From positions 1,320,001 through 1,352,000 of the forward strand of contig NC_017262.1 in the NCBI RefSeq assembly GCF_000175255.2: a stretch of 32,000 nt of DNA. The letters are read 5' to 3'. This document shows, piece after piece, positions 8,991 to 19,122 of the stretch. The position numbers and the translations under genes are program-made. How positions within the stretch are numbered: the stretch's first letter is position 1; each line of letters opens with the position of its first letter. The notes beneath the pieces are model-generated. The model was not told the origin of the DNA, made no database searches, and was given only the letters and a program-made list of their open reading frames with translations. The stretch is from Zymomonas mobilis subsp. mobilis ATCC 10988. Lineage in GTDB: Bacteria > Pseudomonadota > Alphaproteobacteria > Sphingomonadales > Sphingomonadaceae.

Positions 8991-9063
8991 CACTCCATTC
9001 TATTCGTCGCTATTCAACTATTAAAATAAAATCGGATTATAACCGATATCTTCGGGGAAAATT

Positions 9064-9438
9064 ATGACCACGCTTGATACATCCAGCCTTACAGAGATGC
9101 AAAACGCCATTTTGCAGCGTGCCAGCACGTTAAAAAATGCCGCCGGATTATCAACTTCTGCGGCGCAGGATGTCGGGGGCGTCTCCTCTGTCGTTGATGG
9201 CAGCAAAAGCGGGGGTATCCTCAGTTTTAACGATGCCCTTAACGAAGCGATGTCGAGTGTAAACGATTCCTACATTCAGTCCACAGAAGCACAGGATGCC
9301 TATCAGAAAGGCGAAACGACCGATATCGCTTCGGTGATGTTGAGCCGCCAAAAAGCTTCCGTCGCTTTTCAGGCCACTTTGCAAATGCGTAATCGCCTGA
9401 TGGATGCCTATAAAACTATTATGAATATGTCGGTGTAA
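9064..9438 (+). CDS. fliE: Flagellar hook-basal body complex protein FliE
   Basis: 124 aa. C-terminal GETTDIASVMLSRQKASVAFQATLQMRNRLMDAYKTIMNMSV, directly upstream of fliF. Confidence 0.93.
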   Translation: MTTLDTSSLTEMQNAILQRASTLKNAAGLSTSAAQDVGGVSSVVDGSKSGGILSFNDALNEAMSSVNDSYIQSTEAQDAYQKGETTDIASVMLSRQKASVAFQATLQMRNRLMDAYKTIMNMSV

Positions 9439-9441
9439 TAA

Positions 9442-11301
9442 ATGGCAGATGTTGTTCCTACACCGGATGATGCGGCGGGCAGTGTCGCCGTTCCGGCACC
9501 CTCGGGCGCTTTGGCGAATTTTCTTGCCAATAATGACCGCGTAAACAAAGTTTACGAACGGGTGAAAGACTTTGTCCAGCAACCCGCTATCAAACGCAGC
9601 TTACCTTTAATGAGGCTGATTAGTTTGACGGCTATCGGTGCGCTGATCTGGTTTTTGTTGTCTGCACCACCCCAGCGTGATCTTTATCCGGGGGCAGGGG
9701 ACGCTGATCGGGCATCTATTGCCAGCGCGTTAGAAACCGGCGGTATCCATTATAATATTAACCGCGGTAACGGCGTTATTACAGTCTCTGAAAAGGACTA
9801 TTATAAGGCGCGGATGCTGTTGGCACAGCAAGGCTTGCCGAAATCGGCACCTGATGGCGATCATGTTATCAGCTCTTTGCCACTCGGTGCCAGCCGCGCC
9901 GTTGAAGGCGAAAGATTACGGGCTGCACGTGAAGTTGATCTTGCCCGTACTATCGAAACCATAGATGTCGTTAATCAGGCGAGAGTCCATATTGCCGAGC
10001 CACAACCCAGCCCCTTTGTTCGGGAACAGGTTCATGGCACGGCTTCGGTTATGCTGAAACTGATGACGGGTCGCAACCTATCAAACGCACAGGTTCAAGC
10101 TATTCAGAATTTGGTGGCCGCTTCGTTGCCGGGAATGGCGCCAGAGGCAGTTTCCGTTGTCGATCAGGCAGGGCATCTTTTATCCGCGACCTCTAACGCT
10201 GATAATGACATCAATGATCGTCAGCTACGATTACAGCAAACCCTCGAAGCCCGTTATATGGATGCTTTGAATAAATTGCTGGTGCCGTTGCTGGGCGAAA
10301 ATAACTATACGGCCGAAGTCCATACCGACCTTGATTTTACCGAAAGTCAGGCGACCAGAGAAAGCTATCCAAAAGAAGGCTCTCTGCGTTCCGAAAGTGG
10401 TAGCTGGAACAAAGACGGTGGGCCCGACCAGAATGGCGGTATTCCGGGGGCTATGTCCAATATGCCGCCAACACCCGCCAACCCAACCCAAAACCCGCCG
10501 CCGAATTTACAGCCACCGGCTCAACCGAATAACCAGCAAAATGCGCAGAATGGCCAGCAGGGGCAGAATGCACAAGGCCAGCCGAACGGTCAAAACGCTC
10601 AGCAAGGGCAAAATGCCCGTGCACCGGGATCTGTTCCGGCAGAAACGGCACAGCAGGCACAGGCCAGAACATCTGAAAATTTCAACCGTTATTATGAATT
10701 AGGACGCGAAGTCTCGGTTATTCGCAATCCGACTGGCTCTGTTAAACGGGTTTCTGTCGCTATTGCGCTTCGCCAAATCAATCATGGCAAACCACCGTCC
10801 CCTGAACAGGTCGCCCAGCTCGAAAAGCTGATTAAAGGCGCAATCGGTTTTGATGCTTCCCGTGGTGACGTGGTCGCTATTAGCTCTTCCGACTTCATGG
10901 GTGGCAGTGTCTTCAGTATGCCTTGGTATCAGAACAGTTGGGTGCCATTACTGGCGCGCAATCTGTCTGCCCTATTGGTCGCCGCTTTGGTTATCTTCGG
11001 CTTTGCACGACCTTTCCTGAAAGCCCGTGCGGAAGCGGCTGAAAGAAGACGGCTAGCTGAAAATCCGTTGCCACAGTTGGAACAGACCAACATTGATAAT
11101 CTGATCGCCGAAGGCGAACAACCCGCCGAAGAAGCCGGAAGCCAAGCCATTACGCTTGATATGATTGATGCCGCTCCGGGCTATAAAGCGAGGGTTGATC
11201 TGGTGCGACATTTTGTCAAACAAGACCCCGCCCGTGCCGCCTTGGTTGTCCATGACATGATGCGTTCCGACCTCAAATCGCTGGAGAATCACAATGGCTG
11301 A
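9442..11301 (+). CDS. fliF: Flagellar MS-ring protein FliF
   Basis: 619 aa. RDLYPGAGDADRASIASALETGGIHYNI, ARVHIAEPQPSPFVREQVHGTASVMLKL, GNVSxxx-type ring-building motifs, C-terminal FliG-binding tail. Confidence 0.95.
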   Translation: MADVVPTPDDAAGSVAVPAPSGALANFLANNDRVNKVYERVKDFVQQPAIKRSLPLMRLISLTAIGALIWFLLSAPPQRDLYPGAGDADRASIASALETGGIHYNINRGNGVITVSEKDYYKARMLLAQQGLPKSAPDGDHVISSLPLGASRAVEGERLRAAREVDLARTIETIDVVNQARVHIAEPQPSPFVREQVHGTASVMLKLMTGRNLSNAQVQAIQNLVAASLPGMAPEAVSVVDQAGHLLSATSNADNDINDRQLRLQQTLEARYMDALNKLLVPLLGENNYTAEVHTDLDFTESQATRESYPKEGSLRSESGSWNKDGGPDQNGGIPGAMSNMPPTPANPTQNPPPNLQPPAQPNNQQNAQNGQQGQNAQGQPNGQNAQQGQNARAPGSVPAETAQQAQARTSENFNRYYELGREVSVIRNPTGSVKRVSVAIALRQINHGKPPSPEQVAQLEKLIKGAIGFDASRGDVVAISSSDFMGGSVFSMPWYQNSWVPLLARNLSALLVAALVIFGFARPFLKARAEAAERRRLAENPLPQLEQTNIDNLIAEGEQPAEEAGSQAITLDMIDAAPGYKARVDLVRHFVKQDPARAALVVHDMMRSDLKSLENHNG

Positions 11302-12328
11302 TGACAACGAAAGCAGAAAAGAACTGAGCGGCACTCAGTCCGCAGCCATTCTGATGATGCTGATGTCAAAAGAAGAGGCGGCTTCGATTTTAAGCCGTCT
11401 CGATCCCGACGAAGTCCAGCGTTTGGGTGAAGCCATGTTTGCGGTTTCAGATATCTCGCAACAGCAGATCGAAACCGTCCTTGATAATTTTACCACGCGG
11501 GCAAGAGCCAGAACAACGCTTGGTTTTGATGCCGACAAGCAAATCCGTAGCATCATGGAATTAGCATTAGGTGAAGAACGCGCTGAGAATGTGATGGCGC
11601 GCATAACGCCAGTCGCCCATACGACAGTTCTCGATACCCTGAAATGGATGGATGCGCGGACTATCGCGACATTGATTGAAAATGAGCATCCACAGATTGC
11701 AGCTTTGGTCTTGGCTTGCCTTGACCCTGTAGTCGCTGCGGATGTTCTGGAACAGCTCGACGATGCGCTCCAGCCGGACATCATTTATCGTATTGCGACG
11801 CTTGATACCGTTTCAGTGGAAGCTTTGGAAGAACTTGAACGTCTGCTTTTGGGACAAGTCTCCAGAGTGGGGTCAACAAATGGTGGTGGTGCCAATGCTA
11901 TTGGTGGCGCTCATCGTGGTGGCGCCGCTGAGGCAGCTCAGATCGTCAATAATATGAGCGATGGCGAACAGCGCTTGATGAAGGCTGTTTCTAAAATGGA
12001 TAAGTCGCTGGCAAGGGCTATCGAAGACGAAATGTTTGTCTTTGATGATCTTAATGATCTTGACGATCGTAACCTTGGCACGCTGCTTAGAGCAATTGAT
12101 AACGACATTCTGGTTGTTGCTCTTAAAGGCGCACAGGAAGAACTCAAATCGCGGATGCTTGGTTGTATGTCTAAGCGTGCTGCCGAAGCTATTGAAGATG
12201 AAATGGCTGAACGTGGCCCGATGCGGATATCTGAAGTTCAAGATGCGCAAAAACAAATTCTTAATATTGCCCGCAAACTCGCAGAAAGTGGCACTATCAT
12301 GTTAGGTAAGGGGGATGACTATGTCTGA
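11294..12328 (+). CDS. fliG: Flagellar motor switch protein FliG
   Basis: 344 aa. SGTQSAAILMMLMSKEEAASILSRLDPDEVQRLGEAM, EHPQIAALVLACLDPVVAADVL, C-terminal MFVFDDLNDLDDRNLGTLLRAIDNDILVVALKGA. Confidence 0.97.
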   Translation: MADDNESRKELSGTQSAAILMMLMSKEEAASILSRLDPDEVQRLGEAMFAVSDISQQQIETVLDNFTTRARARTTLGFDADKQIRSIMELALGEERAENVMARITPVAHTTVLDTLKWMDARTIATLIENEHPQIAALVLACLDPVVAADVLEQLDDALQPDIIYRIATLDTVSVEALEELERLLLGQVSRVGSTNGGGANAIGGAHRGGAAEAAQIVNNMSDGEQRLMKAVSKMDKSLARAIEDEMFVFDDLNDLDDRNLGTLLRAIDNDILVVALKGAQEELKSRMLGCMSKRAAEAIEDEMAERGPMRISEVQDAQKQILNIARKLAESGTIMLGKGDDYV

Positions 12329-13082
12329 TGACCCCAGACAAGACATCCAACCCTATGAAGCGCAAGCGATTATTCCAGAAGAAACGGCTTCTGCTGAAAA
12401 AACGCCTTTTGTTGCGATAAAAAAGGCAAAGCCTCCTTTTGTCCCCTGGGTCGTTCGTTTCGGCCTGGTTCCAGAAGAACCGACGGAAAAAGAAAAGCAG
12501 GAAGCTGAATCTTCTAAAGAAAGACTTTCGTTAGAAAAAGAAGAGGCTGAACTTACAGAACAGGAAAAAGTCGAGCCTAAAGCCGAAGCTGACCTGCCAC
12601 CACCTATTGATATCGAAGCAATAAAAAAAGAAGCTTATGATCAAGGATTTCAGCAAGGGCGAAATAGTGCGCTGATCGAAGTCAAAGAAGAACGGCAGGC
12701 TGTGGGGCAGTTGGCACGTTCTTTGGAAGTGTTAAAAGCCGAACCTCCGCGAGCTTTGGCTTCTGTCTTTGCGGATGTCGTTGATAGGCTGATTCACCAG
12801 ATTATAGGTGAAGTGTCGATAGATGCTGTCCGTTTAAGAAAACGAGTCGATGCAGTCGCAGCAATGATTCCTGAAGAAATGAAGCCTTGCTGTCTGTTTC
12901 TTAATCCTGCGGACATCTCAAGATTGGGCGGCGTTGAATTGCCGGTAGAGATTAAAGAAGATTCTTCTTTGCAAGAAGGAAGCGTGCGTCTTGAAACTAG
13001 CCAAGGTTATATTGAAAACGGAACCAAAAGTCTTTTAGAAAAATTGGATGCGATTTTGGTCGAAGTGGGGGCAGAGGCATGA
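12321..13082 (+). CDS. fliH: Flagellar assembly protein FliH-like
   Basis: About 253 aa, between fliG and fliI. Acidic/charged N-terminus then KKEAYDQGFQQGRNSALIEVKEERQAVGQL, typical FliH G-x3-G region. Alternative start at 12315. Confidence 0.8.
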   Translation: MSDDPRQDIQPYEAQAIIPEETASAEKTPFVAIKKAKPPFVPWVVRFGLVPEEPTEKEKQEAESSKERLSLEKEEAELTEQEKVEPKAEADLPPPIDIEAIKKEAYDQGFQQGRNSALIEVKEERQAVGQLARSLEVLKAEPPRALASVFADVVDRLIHQIIGEVSIDAVRLRKRVDAVAAMIPEEMKPCCLFLNPADISRLGGVELPVEIKEDSSLQEGSVRLETSQGYIENGTKSLLEKLDAILVEVGAEA

Positions 13083-14410
13083 GTGAAAGCCTAGCCGCTT
13101 ATGCCGGACGTATTCTTGGCCATGTCTCGATTGATGAAGGAACACCTCGGTGGATTGGTAAACTTGTTGCTTATGATGGCTTGATGCTGGAAGCAACAGG
13201 CTTTCCTATGCCTATTGGGCATGGTGCTCTTATTATGGATGCTAATGGCCAATCATCACGTGCTGAAGTGGTTGGGTTCCGTGGTAATACAACGTTGCTT
13301 ATGGCGTTAGATGCTGATGCACCTCATAATCCTGGAGCCAGAGTTGAGCCGGATAGACAGTTAAGCATTGTCCATGTTGGCGATGGTCTATTAGGACGTG
13401 TTATAGGTGCGTTGGGCGAGCCTCTTGATAACTTAGGCCCTATTATCACTGACGAATATTGGCCATTGGTCGGAAAAATGGGGAATCCTCTCAATCGAGG
13501 GCGTGTAACGCAGCCTTTTGATATGGGGGTTCGGGCAATCAATGCCTTGCTAACGGCTGGTGTCGGGCAAAGAATTGCTATCATGGCGGGGTCAGGGGTT
13601 GGTAAATCTGTCCTGATGGGGCAGATGATTGCCGGCGCGAAGGCTGATGTTATTGTAACGGGGTTGATCGGAGAGCGATCGCGTGAAGTAACTGATTTCG
13701 TTGAAACCAAAATTAGTGATGATGTTCGACCAAAAAGTGTTGTCGTGGCAGTTCCTGCTGACCATCCTCCAGTTTTACGCTTGAGGGCGGCAATGCGGGC
13801 AACTGCGATTGCCGAATATTTTCGAGCGAAGGGTAAAAATGTTCTTTTACTGATCGACAGCTTGACCCGTATTGCGCATGCACAACGGGAAGTAGGTCTG
13901 TCACTTGGTGAACCTCCTACGATCAAAGGCTATCCACCCTCGGCTTTAGGGCTTATTCCTCGTTTGGTTGAAAGAGCGGGTATCGATATTCATTCAAAAG
14001 GCGCGATTACCGCTATTTATACGGTCTTGGCTGACGGTGATGATCCTGACGATCCAATCGTTGATACCGCACGAGCCATTGTTGACGGGCATATTATCTT
14101 ATCTCGTTCACTGGCAGAACAAGGCGTTTTTCCTGCTATTGATCTCGGTAAGTCGCTTTCTCGTGTCATGAGCGATATTATTTCGCCTGGACATAGACAG
14201 GCAGCAGCCCATCTGCGCCGTTTATGGTCTGTTTATGAAGAAAATCGTGATCTTATCTTAATGGGTGCCTATCGTAGCGGCACAGATGCTTCTATTGATG
14301 AAGCCATCAATCGTCACAATGATGTTTTAGACTTTATTCGCCAAGGGCAAAATGAAAGAATTGACCTCGCCACGTCTATTGCGACTTTGATGGAAAGGTT
14401 TGCCGTATGA
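13079..14410 (+). CDS. fliI: Flagellum-specific ATPase FliI
   Basis: 443 aa. Walker A AGSGVGKS, LIGERSREVTDFVE, LLLIDSLTRIAHAQREVGLSLGEPPTIKGYPPSALGLIPRLVERAG. Confidence 0.97.
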   Translation: MSESLAAYAGRILGHVSIDEGTPRWIGKLVAYDGLMLEATGFPMPIGHGALIMDANGQSSRAEVVGFRGNTTLLMALDADAPHNPGARVEPDRQLSIVHVGDGLLGRVIGALGEPLDNLGPIITDEYWPLVGKMGNPLNRGRVTQPFDMGVRAINALLTAGVGQRIAIMAGSGVGKSVLMGQMIAGAKADVIVTGLIGERSREVTDFVETKISDDVRPKSVVVAVPADHPPVLRLRAAMRATAIAEYFRAKGKNVLLLIDSLTRIAHAQREVGLSLGEPPTIKGYPPSALGLIPRLVERAGIDIHSKGAITAIYTVLADGDDPDDPIVDTARAIVDGHIILSRSLAEQGVFPAIDLGKSLSRVMSDIISPGHRQAAAHLRRLWSVYEENRDLILMGAYRSGTDASIDEAINRHNDVLDFIRQGQNERIDLATSIATLMERFAV

Positions 14411-14832
14411 CGCAGAAGCTTGCACGCAGAAAGAGAATAGCCAAAGTGCGTCATGTCCAACATTTGCAGGCGCAGAATGAATTAATGCGCGCTCAAGGGC
14501 GGGTTAATAGTTTGTCCGCTTCTGTTGACCGGTTAACTGAAATACAATCCTCATTAAAGCCTGTAACGGGTCGGGTAAATGGTGCGGCTATGGCCAATGC
14601 TGGAGAGCTGATGCTGCGTCTGGATACAGCTTATAAAGATCTAACAGCTATGTTAGATCAGGCGCAAACAGTCGTAGAGCGTCAACGGCAGAAAAAAATT
14701 CACACAAAAATTCAGCATGAGACCGCAAAAAAGTTACATGATGCCGTAAAAGAAGAAATACAGAAGACGCAGGAGCGTCGCCTGATGACTATAACCGGAC
14801 AGCGCCCCATTAAAAGAGGTGAAGCACTATGA
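14407..14832 (+). CDS. fliJ: FliJ-like flagellar export stator/chaperone
   Basis: 141 aa coiled-coil protein, ATGA-overlapping fliI and fliK: position and helical character match FliJ. Confidence 0.65.
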   Translation: MTQKLARRKRIAKVRHVQHLQAQNELMRAQGRVNSLSASVDRLTEIQSSLKPVTGRVNGAAMANAGELMLRLDTAYKDLTAMLDQAQTVVERQRQKKIHTKIQHETAKKLHDAVKEEIQKTQERRLMTITGQRPIKRGEAL

Positions 14833-17237
14833 CAGATGTCACGCCAATTCTACCTTCCGCTGGATCTTCTTCGGCCTCATCTGCTTCACCCGCCAGTAGC
14901 GCACAGAAAGCGGATAAAGCTAATCCGTTTGATGATATGCTTAACTCTGTCCAGACAGTATCTGTTCCTGATACAAAAAAAATTGTTACGGATAAAAAAA
15001 CGACGGTTTCTAATCTAATAGCAGCCACTGCGCCGTCAAATACAGATAAGGGTAGTTCTACTGCTTCATCAATAAAAAGGGTAGAAACCGATACGCCCTC
15101 TAATTCTATGACGTCTTCTGTCTCGAAACAAAATTTTGTAAGTGCTAGCTCTAAAGGCAATACCAAAAAAATAGTAGATGCCCAACCTACGTTACCGGAG
15201 GTTTCAGGCAAGGACGATTTAGACAACGGTGAAGCCATTCCCCTTGCGTCATCATCAAATGATGAGATCAAGGACTCGGACTCATTGCCTTCTGTTAAAA
15301 AACTGTCTCAAAATTCAGCTGATTTACTGGCTTTTGTTGGAGTGTATGTCGATCAAGAAAATGTAGATTCAACTTCTAACTGGTTACCAGGGCAAGAGTC
15401 ATATTCTCAATCTCCAGAAATCATACCACAGGAGAATATGGGTGAAAAAACCACTCCTTTATCAGTGGGTTTATATAGCCTTAGAGATAATGATGTCGCG
15501 TCATCTGATGATGTCGAAGTTTCCGACTCTCATTCGAATAAAAATGAGTTATCAGATAATGATGACCAGCTGCAGTCAGCTGATAATGTTGTAGCTAACG
15601 CATCTATTGGTTTAACTGCTACCTTGGCAGCCGCACCTGTGTTGGCTTCTGCTGTGCAAGCGACCATTACTGGACAGAATCGTGTCGATAGTGAGGATGC
15701 TTCACTTCCACAGCCAGTGAAGAGTTTAAAAGTGCCATCGTCATCTTTGGCTAGTGACGGCTCTGCGTATCTGACTTCTGTTTCAAATACGGAATTATCC
15801 GCAACGACATCTGTTGGTTTAAAACCTAAAGCTACTTTAACTGATGATGATTCAAAATTAGCTCTGACCAATTTTTCATCGGAGCTGATGTCAACCGGAG
15901 TCAAAGACTCTGCAGGAATAACTCATACAACAGAAGATAAACCTGCCTTAGCCTTAAAAGCTGATGCTTCACCATCTGTCCTTGCGAACTTGACCTCTGT
16001 ACTTACTGACAAAGCGAATGATAGCAGCAAAAATCAGTCTTCGGATAGGGATAATCAGCCTGTTTCTGTAGCTGGTAATGTTATGATGAGTGGTAAGCTT
16101 GATGCTTTAGCACTAAGTCGGAGCGATATTTCAAACACGCCTATAACAACAGAGCTGAAAGATAGTGCAACATCCGTGCTTGAAGCGGTTGATCGGCAAC
16201 AGCCAAGTCTGATGGCTAGTGATTCAGTAACACCTGCTGCCACGATAAAAACGACAGCGCCTTCGTCTATTCCGCCATCCAATACAGTCCAAAATATGAT
16301 GGCAGTCAGTGCATCTCTTACTAAAGGGAATGATAGTCATACAAATAAGGTAGATAGCACACAGACTGTGGAGCGCAGTAGCAAACTAGCAGAAGGTAAC
16401 TTGCAAACGCTCAATCAGACTATGGATAGATCTGCTGATTTTAGTAACCAATCTGACAATGCAAACAGTATTTTTGCAGGCGATAATACGCAAAACACGG
16501 CCTATACTCCGGTGAGTAGACGTCAGCTTACAGAAATCTATCAACCAAACAATTCCACAAGCTCTGTCTCAACAGATCAAGTAAATGAAACACAGCCACG
16601 TCTTAAAAAGGATGTGGAAATTGAGAATCTACATTCTGAAGACAATGTAACAGGAAGTGAAAAGAATAATTTTTCTAACGTAATGGCATTGGCAGCCAAT
16701 ATTGTTTCTTCCAATAATGCAGTAAATCAGGATAGTAATACTATTACCTTAGGTAATTTAATGCCTAGTCAAGATCAAGCTAGCATTAATAACCAGCTTG
16801 ACTTGGTACATCAAGGCCTATGGCTCGATCAATTGACGCGTGATATTGCTACTGCGTCAGGATCTAACAGTAATCTGACTTTTAATTTACATCCGGATCA
16901 TCTTGGTATGCTACATGTATCCATCCAATCAGCGGGTGATGGTGTAGCTGTTCATATGACAGCGAGTAGCGAAGCTGCTCAGTCTATTATCGCAGGGGCT
17001 CGTCATGATTTAATGAATGAAGCTCATGCCCAAGGAGTACATATTACAGATGCTCGGATTGATTTAAACAGCCAGACAATGTCCCAACAATCGGGGCAAA
17101 ATGGCCAGCCGTCTCATCAACAAATGGCTGATCAACAGCGATCTGCTGTGACGGCTCCGATAACTAACAATACAAGAAATGAACAACCGGACGATGATCT
17201 TGCTGAAGAGCAAAAAAATCGTGCGCGTTACGCTTAA
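14829..17237 (+). CDS. fliK: Flagellar hook-length control protein FliK
   Basis: 802 aa. Long Ser/Thr/Asn-rich ruler region and C-terminal LTFNLHPDHLGMLHVSIQSAGDGVAVHMTASSEAAQSIIAGARHDLMNEAHAQGVHITDARIDL (Flg_hook-type domain). Confidence 0.88.
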   Translation: MTDVTPILPSAGSSSASSASPASSAQKADKANPFDDMLNSVQTVSVPDTKKIVTDKKTTVSNLIAATAPSNTDKGSSTASSIKRVETDTPSNSMTSSVSKQNFVSASSKGNTKKIVDAQPTLPEVSGKDDLDNGEAIPLASSSNDEIKDSDSLPSVKKLSQNSADLLAFVGVYVDQENVDSTSNWLPGQESYSQSPEIIPQENMGEKTTPLSVGLYSLRDNDVASSDDVEVSDSHSNKNELSDNDDQLQSADNVVANASIGLTATLAAAPVLASAVQATITGQNRVDSEDASLPQPVKSLKVPSSSLASDGSAYLTSVSNTELSATTSVGLKPKATLTDDDSKLALTNFSSELMSTGVKDSAGITHTTEDKPALALKADASPSVLANLTSVLTDKANDSSKNQSSDRDNQPVSVAGNVMMSGKLDALALSRSDISNTPITTELKDSATSVLEAVDRQQPSLMASDSVTPAATIKTTAPSSIPPSNTVQNMMAVSASLTKGNDSHTNKVDSTQTVERSSKLAEGNLQTLNQTMDRSADFSNQSDNANSIFAGDNTQNTAYTPVSRRQLTEIYQPNNSTSSVSTDQVNETQPRLKKDVEIENLHSEDNVTGSEKNNFSNVMALAANIVSSNNAVNQDSNTITLGNLMPSQDQASINNQLDLVHQGLWLDQLTRDIATASGSNSNLTFNLHPDHLGMLHVSIQSAGDGVAVHMTASSEAAQSIIAGARHDLMNEAHAQGVHITDARIDLNSQTMSQQSGQNGQPSHQQMADQQRSAVTAPITNNTRNEQPDDDLAEEQKNRARYA

Positions 17238-17249
17238 CAGGGGATGTAA

Positions 17250-17819
17250 GTGAGCGAAGATAACGCGAAATTGCCCAAAAAAGGCGGTTTATTAAAATCT
17301 ATTGGGAAAATCCTGATTTTAGTAGTGATTATTGTCGTGCTAGTTGCTTTGGGCAGTGTTGCAGGCGGGTATTTCTTGCCCAGATACATGCCAGCTATCT
17401 TTGCGCCCGCGACGGCTAATAATAAAGCCGCAGCATCAAAGGCTGATGAAAATTTACCTAAAAAAGTACCTTTGGATGAAAAAGATGCTTCTTCAGGTCA
17501 ATTTAAGGCCAGCTATTTTGCTTTTGATAAGCCCTTTATCTCAAATGTGCAGAATAGCGGCAATCTGGTGCAAATCGGTATTGGCATTTCAACCTATTAT
17601 GATGATAGGGTGATTAATAACGTCAAAAAAGACGAACTGCCGATTAGATCAGCCATCTTGATGACTATCTCCAATCAGGACAACCAGACAATATCGACAG
17701 AAGCCGGTAAGAAACAACTTCAGAATCAAATTAAGGATGTTATCAATAATGTTCTTAAGGATAAAGAAGGCTTTGGTGGTGTTGACAGCGTCTATTTTAC
17801 AAGTTTTCTTATCCAATGA
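17250..17819 (+). CDS. fliL: Flagellar basal body-associated protein FliL
   Basis: 189 aa. N-terminal single TM (ILILVVIIVVLVALGSVAGGYF) and YYDDRVINNVKKDELPIRSAILMTISNQD, in the position before fliM. Confidence 0.9.
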   Translation: MSEDNAKLPKKGGLLKSIGKILILVVIIVVLVALGSVAGGYFLPRYMPAIFAPATANNKAAASKADENLPKKVPLDEKDASSGQFKASYFAFDKPFISNVQNSGNLVQIGIGISTYYDDRVINNVKKDELPIRSAILMTISNQDNQTISTEAGKKQLQNQIKDVINNVLKDKEGFGGVDSVYFTSFLIQ

Positions 17820-18814
17820 GTAAATCCTCGAAATCTCCAAAAGATCAGGAAGAAGCAACTTCCTTGTCCGGCGCAGAAATGGATGCCCTGTTGGCCGAGT
17901 TGGGGGGCGATGATATCGAAGAAGAATCTCCACAGGAAAAAACGGAGTTCGTCTTTGGTCAGGAAACCCTCAATCCTATCGTCCGGATGGCTGGACTGGA
18001 GCGGATCGCTGAAAAATTGGCACGTAGGTTAAGGCTTATTATTGAGCCTTTTGCTCGTGCTCGTACCCAAGTAACGGTTGACGGCGTCGATATCCATCAT
18101 TTTGAAAAATGGCGGCGGGATTTACCAGAGTTTGTTAGCATTAGCCTGTACCGTTTAGCCCCGCTGAAAGGTGGTGCTATGATCGTTATGGATCCCCAGT
18201 TTATTACCGGATTGGTTGATGCTTTTTATGGCGGCACTGGTATTGTTACCCCGTCTCGCGCCAAGGAATTTACACCTGCAGAAGAGAGGTTACTCGTCCG
18301 CCTATCTGACACGATTGCAGATAGCGTTGTTGAATCTTGGTCTGATGTTGTGCAGTTGCAGTCTCAGTTTCTATCGAGAGAGACGAACGGTGCCTATGTT
18401 ACTATGATACGGAATGATGAAGCTGTTGTTGTACAACGCTTTACAATTGTTCCCGGTAATGGTCGTGCTGCCAGAATATCAATTGTCTATCCTCGGGCGA
18501 CGCTTCGGCCTTTCGAAATGCATCTTGACACAAAAGTGCATGATGATGCGGGGCCCGCTGATGAAAATTGGACGAAGCGGATGCGGCTGGCGGCCTCTGC
18601 CATCCCTATTCCTATTAAAACAATTTTGGCTCGTCCTCAGATTACTATGGGGCAACTAAAAAATTTAAAGGTCGGAGAAGTTATTCCGATTGAAATGCCG
18701 GAGCAGCTCCCTTTGATTGCTGGCACAAAAAAAATTGCTTATGGCAGCATAGGGGATCGTGACGGGAAAACTGCTTTATTGATTGAAAAGCTTGAAGAGG
18801 AGCCGGAAATATGA
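17816..18814 (+). CDS. fliM: Flagellar motor switch protein FliM
   Basis: 332 aa. GMAGLERIAEKLARRLR-like, GGAMIVMDPQFITGLVDAFYGG, FTPAEERLLVRLSDTI. Confidence 0.93.
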   Translation: MSKSSKSPKDQEEATSLSGAEMDALLAELGGDDIEEESPQEKTEFVFGQETLNPIVRMAGLERIAEKLARRLRLIIEPFARARTQVTVDGVDIHHFEKWRRDLPEFVSISLYRLAPLKGGAMIVMDPQFITGLVDAFYGGTGIVTPSRAKEFTPAEERLLVRLSDTIADSVVESWSDVVQLQSQFLSRETNGAYVTMIRNDEAVVVQRFTIVPGNGRAARISIVYPRATLRPFEMHLDTKVHDDAGPADENWTKRMRLAASAIPIPIKTILARPQITMGQLKNLKVGEVIPIEMPEQLPLIAGTKKIAYGSIGDRDGKTALLIEKLEEEPEI

Positions 18815-19122
18815 GTGATGAATCGACAGCAAAAGGAAGTAAATCAGCAAAATCTAATCGTACCAAAGATTTAGGTCTTCTATCTGATATTCCTGTCAAG
18901 ATGTCACTTGAAGTTGGCTCTACGTCTTTATCTTTGGCAGAGTTGTTAGACCTTGCTGAAGGTAGTGTTGTTGAGCTAGATCGTCAGGCTAACGAACTAT
19001 TAGATGTGGTGGTAAACGGTAAGCTAATTGCCAAAGGTGAAGTTGTAACGGTTAATGGTCGCTTTGGCGTGCGGATTGTTGATGTTGTTTCTAACGAAAA
19101 CAATTCAGTCGGGGATGATTGA
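18811..19122 (+). CDS. fliN: Flagellar motor switch protein FliN
   Basis: 103 aa. DIPVKMSLEVGSTSLSLAELLDLAEGSVVELDRQANELLDVVVNGKLIAKGEVVTVNGRFGVRIVDVV. Confidence 0.96.
   Translation: MSDESTAKGSKSAKSNRTKDLGLLSDIPVKMSLEVGSTSLSLAELLDLAEGSVVELDRQANELLDVVVNGKLIAKGEVVTVNGRFGVRIVDVVSNENNSVGDD

Noticed and set aside
11335-11784. 149-aa antisense ORF inside fliG
   Set aside because: Shadow ORF of a strongly conserved gene, with low-information Ser/Arg-rich translation.
12315-12320. Alternative fliH start at 12315
   Set aside because: Either ATG is possible. I preferred 12321 arbitrarily on overlap length, and it has no functional consequence.
12712-12726. Sigma-54-like TGGCAC-GTTCT-TTGG inside fliH
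   Set aside because: Intragenic in a densely packed operon and missing the terminal C of TTGC. Likely chance.
14810-15271. 153-aa antisense ORF opposite the start of fliK
   Set aside because: It lies fully antisense to an Asp/Ser-rich coding region; such composition produces stop-poor antisense frames. No recognisable domain.
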